From: Nitrospirae bacterium GWC2_57_9
GTDB taxonomy: Bacteria > Nitrospirota > UBA9217
DNA: 36,933 bases
Assembly: GCA_001805085.1 (NCBI GenBank)
Contig: MHEA01000034.1
Coordinates: 1 to 36,933, forward strand
Direction: 5' to 3'
The notes beneath the pieces were generated by a model. It searched no databases. It worked only from the letters and a program-made list of their open reading frames with translations, and was not told the DNA's origin. This document shows, piece by piece, positions 35,401-36,933 of this stretch (position 1 is the stretch's first letter; every line of letters begins with the position of its first letter). A program made the position numbers and the translations under genes.

Positions 35401-36933
35401 AGAGACCATCGGCATGATGGGGCTCGGCAACAGGGAGGAGGGGTATCGCAATGAGGACTTGGAGGCAGCGGAGGCCTTGTCCCAGGCCATAGTGCAGGTT
35501 TTAATGCGCAAGCGCATGGAGGAGCGGGTCGCTCATCTGGCATCCTTCCCGGAGATGGACCCCGCTCCCATTATCGAACTCCGTCCTTGTGGGGACGTAA
35601 TCTACGTTAATTCTGTTGTGAGAACACAATTCCCCGACCTGCCTGTGATGGGGCCGTCACATCCGCTGCTTTCGAATTGGCCGGAAATCTCAGCCGGCTT
35701 CAGCGATGGAAAAACCTGCTTTCTCTTCCTGGAAGCTGAAGCGGGCGGAAAGGCGTTTTACCAGGCAGTATATTATGCGCGGCAGTTGGACGTCATACGC
35801 ATCTATAATGCCGATATCACCGGGCGCAAGCGGGCGGAAGAAAAACTTATCAGGCTGAATGATGAACTCGAAAGGCGGGTCAAGGAGCGGACGGAAGATC
35901 TGGCAAAAACAGTCGCAACCCTTCGGCTTGAGATGGATGACCGACAACGCGCGGAAGAGGAAATCGTCCGTCTTGCCGCCGCCGTCGAATCCGCGGCAGA
36001 CGCCATAGTCATTACCGAGCAGGGTGCGATCCGCTATGTAAATCCCGCGTTCGAGAAGATGACGGGTTATTCAAGAGACGAAGTCAACGGCCGCGATCTT
36101 CACCTGTTCGACAGCGGCCATCACGATGAGACATACTTCATAAAGGTGCGTGAGATTCTCAAGAATGACGGGGTCTGGACAGGACGTCTTATCAATAAGA
36201 AGAAAGACGGCACACTGTACGAAGAAGAGTGCACGTATGCGCCGATCAGGGGCAGGTCGGGCGAAATCCTGAACTATATGGCGATCAAGCGCGACGTGAC
36301 CGAAAAAGTGCGGCTCGAGTCGATCGCGCAGGCGGTCGATACGATGAATAATATAGGATACATCTTCTCCGGGGTCAGGCATGAAATCGGGAACCCCGTG
36401 ACCACGATTGCAATGTCCCTGGATCTACTTCTGAAAAAAATCGAGGAATTGGACAAACAGTCCATCGCGAAGTACGTGAAAGGCTGCATCGAGCAAATCG
36501 AAAAAGTGGAATATCTGCTCCGGTGCCTCAAAAATTTCAACATGTACGAGCAACTCGAATCCCGGGACATTGTACTCAGCGAGTTCATGGACAAGTTGGT
36601 GGAGCTGGTAACAAACGATTTTGTAAAAAAGGGAATCGCAATACTCGTCGTGGTTGAACCTGACGATGCTAAGGCCTACGCCGATCCCCGTGCTCTCCAG
36701 CAGGTGCTCCTGAATCTGTTTACGAATGCAGCCGATGCGCTTGTCGGACGAGTCGATCCGAAGATCACGGTCACCGTAAATAAGGCGAAAGTTGTCCGGA
36801 TCCGGGTGGAAGATAATGGATGCGGCATTCCGGCACACAGGCTGCAGGACGTATTCAAGCCGTTTTACACGACGAAGGCGCATGGAACCGGGTTGGGCCT
36901 CATGATCGCCAGGAAGATGATCGCAAAGATGAA
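32474..36933 (+). CDS. Multidomain sensor histidine kinase (MASE3-like membrane domain, PAS x3-5, GAF x2, HisKA, HATPase_c), 3' end beyond window
   Basis: Own translation: the frame is open from ATG 32474 to the window end, and it is absent from the track because it has no stop. Membrane region: FHNIAEFFSIMVSLSIFGIGWY...GLMDFMHTLG. Modules: FPELNPNPVLEV...VNDITGRKR, PAS (YADLYNFAPLGYFTLD; LSAIVESSEDAISSTNMDG), two GAF-like regions, FPEMDPAPIIEL...YNADITGRKR, and PAS (LAAAVESAADAIVITEQG). Kinase core: H-box FSGVRHEIGNPV (His codon 36380-36382), N-box LLNLFTNAADA, G1 EDNGCGIP and G2 GTGLGL. Confidence 0.9.
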   Translation, partial: MRVDKINLSPRTILAGVCTLSALPILIVVLFPGYFNFVIAPAPYVVFHNIAEFFSIMVSLSIFGIGWYTYDQTGDRHSLFLSTGFLAIGLMDFMHTLGNAAMPAFVTPNSSNKSTQFWISVRLFQAAVFLVSAFIYSGDQRRWLSKRILLSAALLVPGTVFAGITFFPSSVPDTFIQGVGLTPFKKYSEFLVVGLLCLSLAAYWQRMARSGSRLLLYYLAALIVSIFSEICFAVYTRVFDTYNVVGHIYKVAAFSLIYKGIFIVSVKDPYSKLAEGEHARRLASFPELNPNPVLEVAPSREITFFNPATEKTLVNLGMDKNDPGVFLPGDIEAILRDLEKKTESTLSREVTLKDRVFGQTIYLTPQFNVARVYVNDITGRKRMEEERERLLAEVRRQTAELGVQQIELQAQNEELRTAQVELEASRRNYADLYNFAPLGYFTLDTNGIILEVNLAGANLLGIDKQFLLNKPFSVFIAGPDDSEVLRRHRKTTYTSQNRQSCDLALKRKDGSIFYTHLESIAVENIDGKAGYIRTAVIDITERKRAEEARSRLSAIVESSEDAISSTNMDGILLTWNRGAEKVYGYHADEVIGKHVSILYPQERSSELPQLIEKISCGESIERFETVRVRKDGKTVQVSITLSPVKDSAGNMVAVSAITRDITIQKQAEEALLKEHREIALANRLLDVFVKETGNDLYDKALNIMLEAMESRHGVFGYIDEQGDLICPTMSKLFDQCEIAGKCICYTRDKWKGLWSRALLEKKTLFSNKTAIVPRGHMPIRNNMAVPILFQGNVIGLINLANKDTGYTEEDRDFIEAISNKIAPVLFAWIQKELRENERKRAKERISRQNAVLDGINKIFREALACDTEDELGRACLNVAEELTQSRFGFINEMGSDGLLHTIAISDPGWDLCAMHDKAGHCRPPGNFKVHGLYGRVMLDKKSFFTNDPASHPDSIGTPEGHPFLKAFLGVPLIHGGETIGMMGLGNREEGYRNEDLEAAEALSQAIVQVLMRKRMEERVAHLASFPEMDPAPIIELRPCGDVIYVNSVVRTQFPDLPVMGPSHPLLSNWPEISAGFSDGKTCFLFLEAEAGGKAFYQAVYYARQLDVIRIYNADITGRKRAEEKLIRLNDELERRVKERTEDLAKTVATLRLEMDDRQRAEEEIVRLAAAVESAADAIVITEQGAIRYVNPAFEKMTGYSRDEVNGRDLHLFDSGHHDETYFIKVREILKNDGVWTGRLINKKKDGTLYEEECTYAPIRGRSGEILNYMAIKRDVTEKVRLESIAQAVDTMNNIGYIFSGVRHEIGNPVTTIAMSLDLLLKKIEELDKQSIAKYVKGCIEQIEKVEYLLRCLKNFNMYEQLESRDIVLSEFMDKLVELVTNDFVKKGIAILVVVEPDDAKAYADPRALQQVLLNLFTNAADALVGRVDPKITVTVNKAKVVRIRVEDNGCGIPAHRLQDVFKPFYTTKAHGTGLGLMIARKMIAKM

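Overview
This 36.9-kb fragment comes from a moderately GC-rich bacterium. It is probably an anaerobe, because it appears to use selenocysteine and its repeat content resembles deltaproteobacterial or Nitrospirae-type genomes, but the taxonomy is only a guess. No tRNA, rRNA, CRISPR array, transposase or phage gene was seen. All family calls come from motif recognition by eye, not from database searches.

Left half (1-18.1 kb): a central-carbon block.
- A partial FMN reductase and sdhC-sdhA-sdhB plus fumC on the - strand.
- On the + strand: an ACT-fused malic enzyme, glutamate dehydrogenase, aconitase, citrate synthase, a succinate-semialdehyde-type aldehyde dehydrogenase, an acetolactate-synthase-like ThDP enzyme and YciH.
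- An unrelated trio sits between gdh and acn: a 4xCxxC protein, a secreted Nuc/PLD-like protein with a degenerate HKD motif, and a GroES-like protein.

Right half: accessory genes.
- A visibly AT-richer, tightly packed 7-gene - strand operon of unknowns: membrane protein, XRE regulator, two paralogous lipoproteins, DUF4386, an OMP-like gene with an in-frame TAG, and a second DUF4386.
- CapA, then RtcB-archease followed by about 540 nt of structured GC-rich non-coding DNA.
- An MTH1187-like protein, DUF1540, a redoxin whose active-site codon is TGA (candidate selenoprotein with a SECIS-like hairpin), a GYD protein, archaemetzincin and a cupin.
- A DEDDh exonuclease, periplasmic Cu/Zn SOD, an EAL-domain remnant, and a large MASE3-PAS-GAF histidine kinase that runs off the window.

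The most striking unexplained structure is in the spacers. At least four dispersed repeat families sit precisely at gene boundaries:
- AT-rich CCAAAT/ATTTGG long palindromes that fill intercistronic gaps.
- GAGTTCGGAGTG elements that abut stop codons.
- A GC-rich MITE-like element with 29-bp inverted repeats.
- A 31-32-nt GC hairpin.
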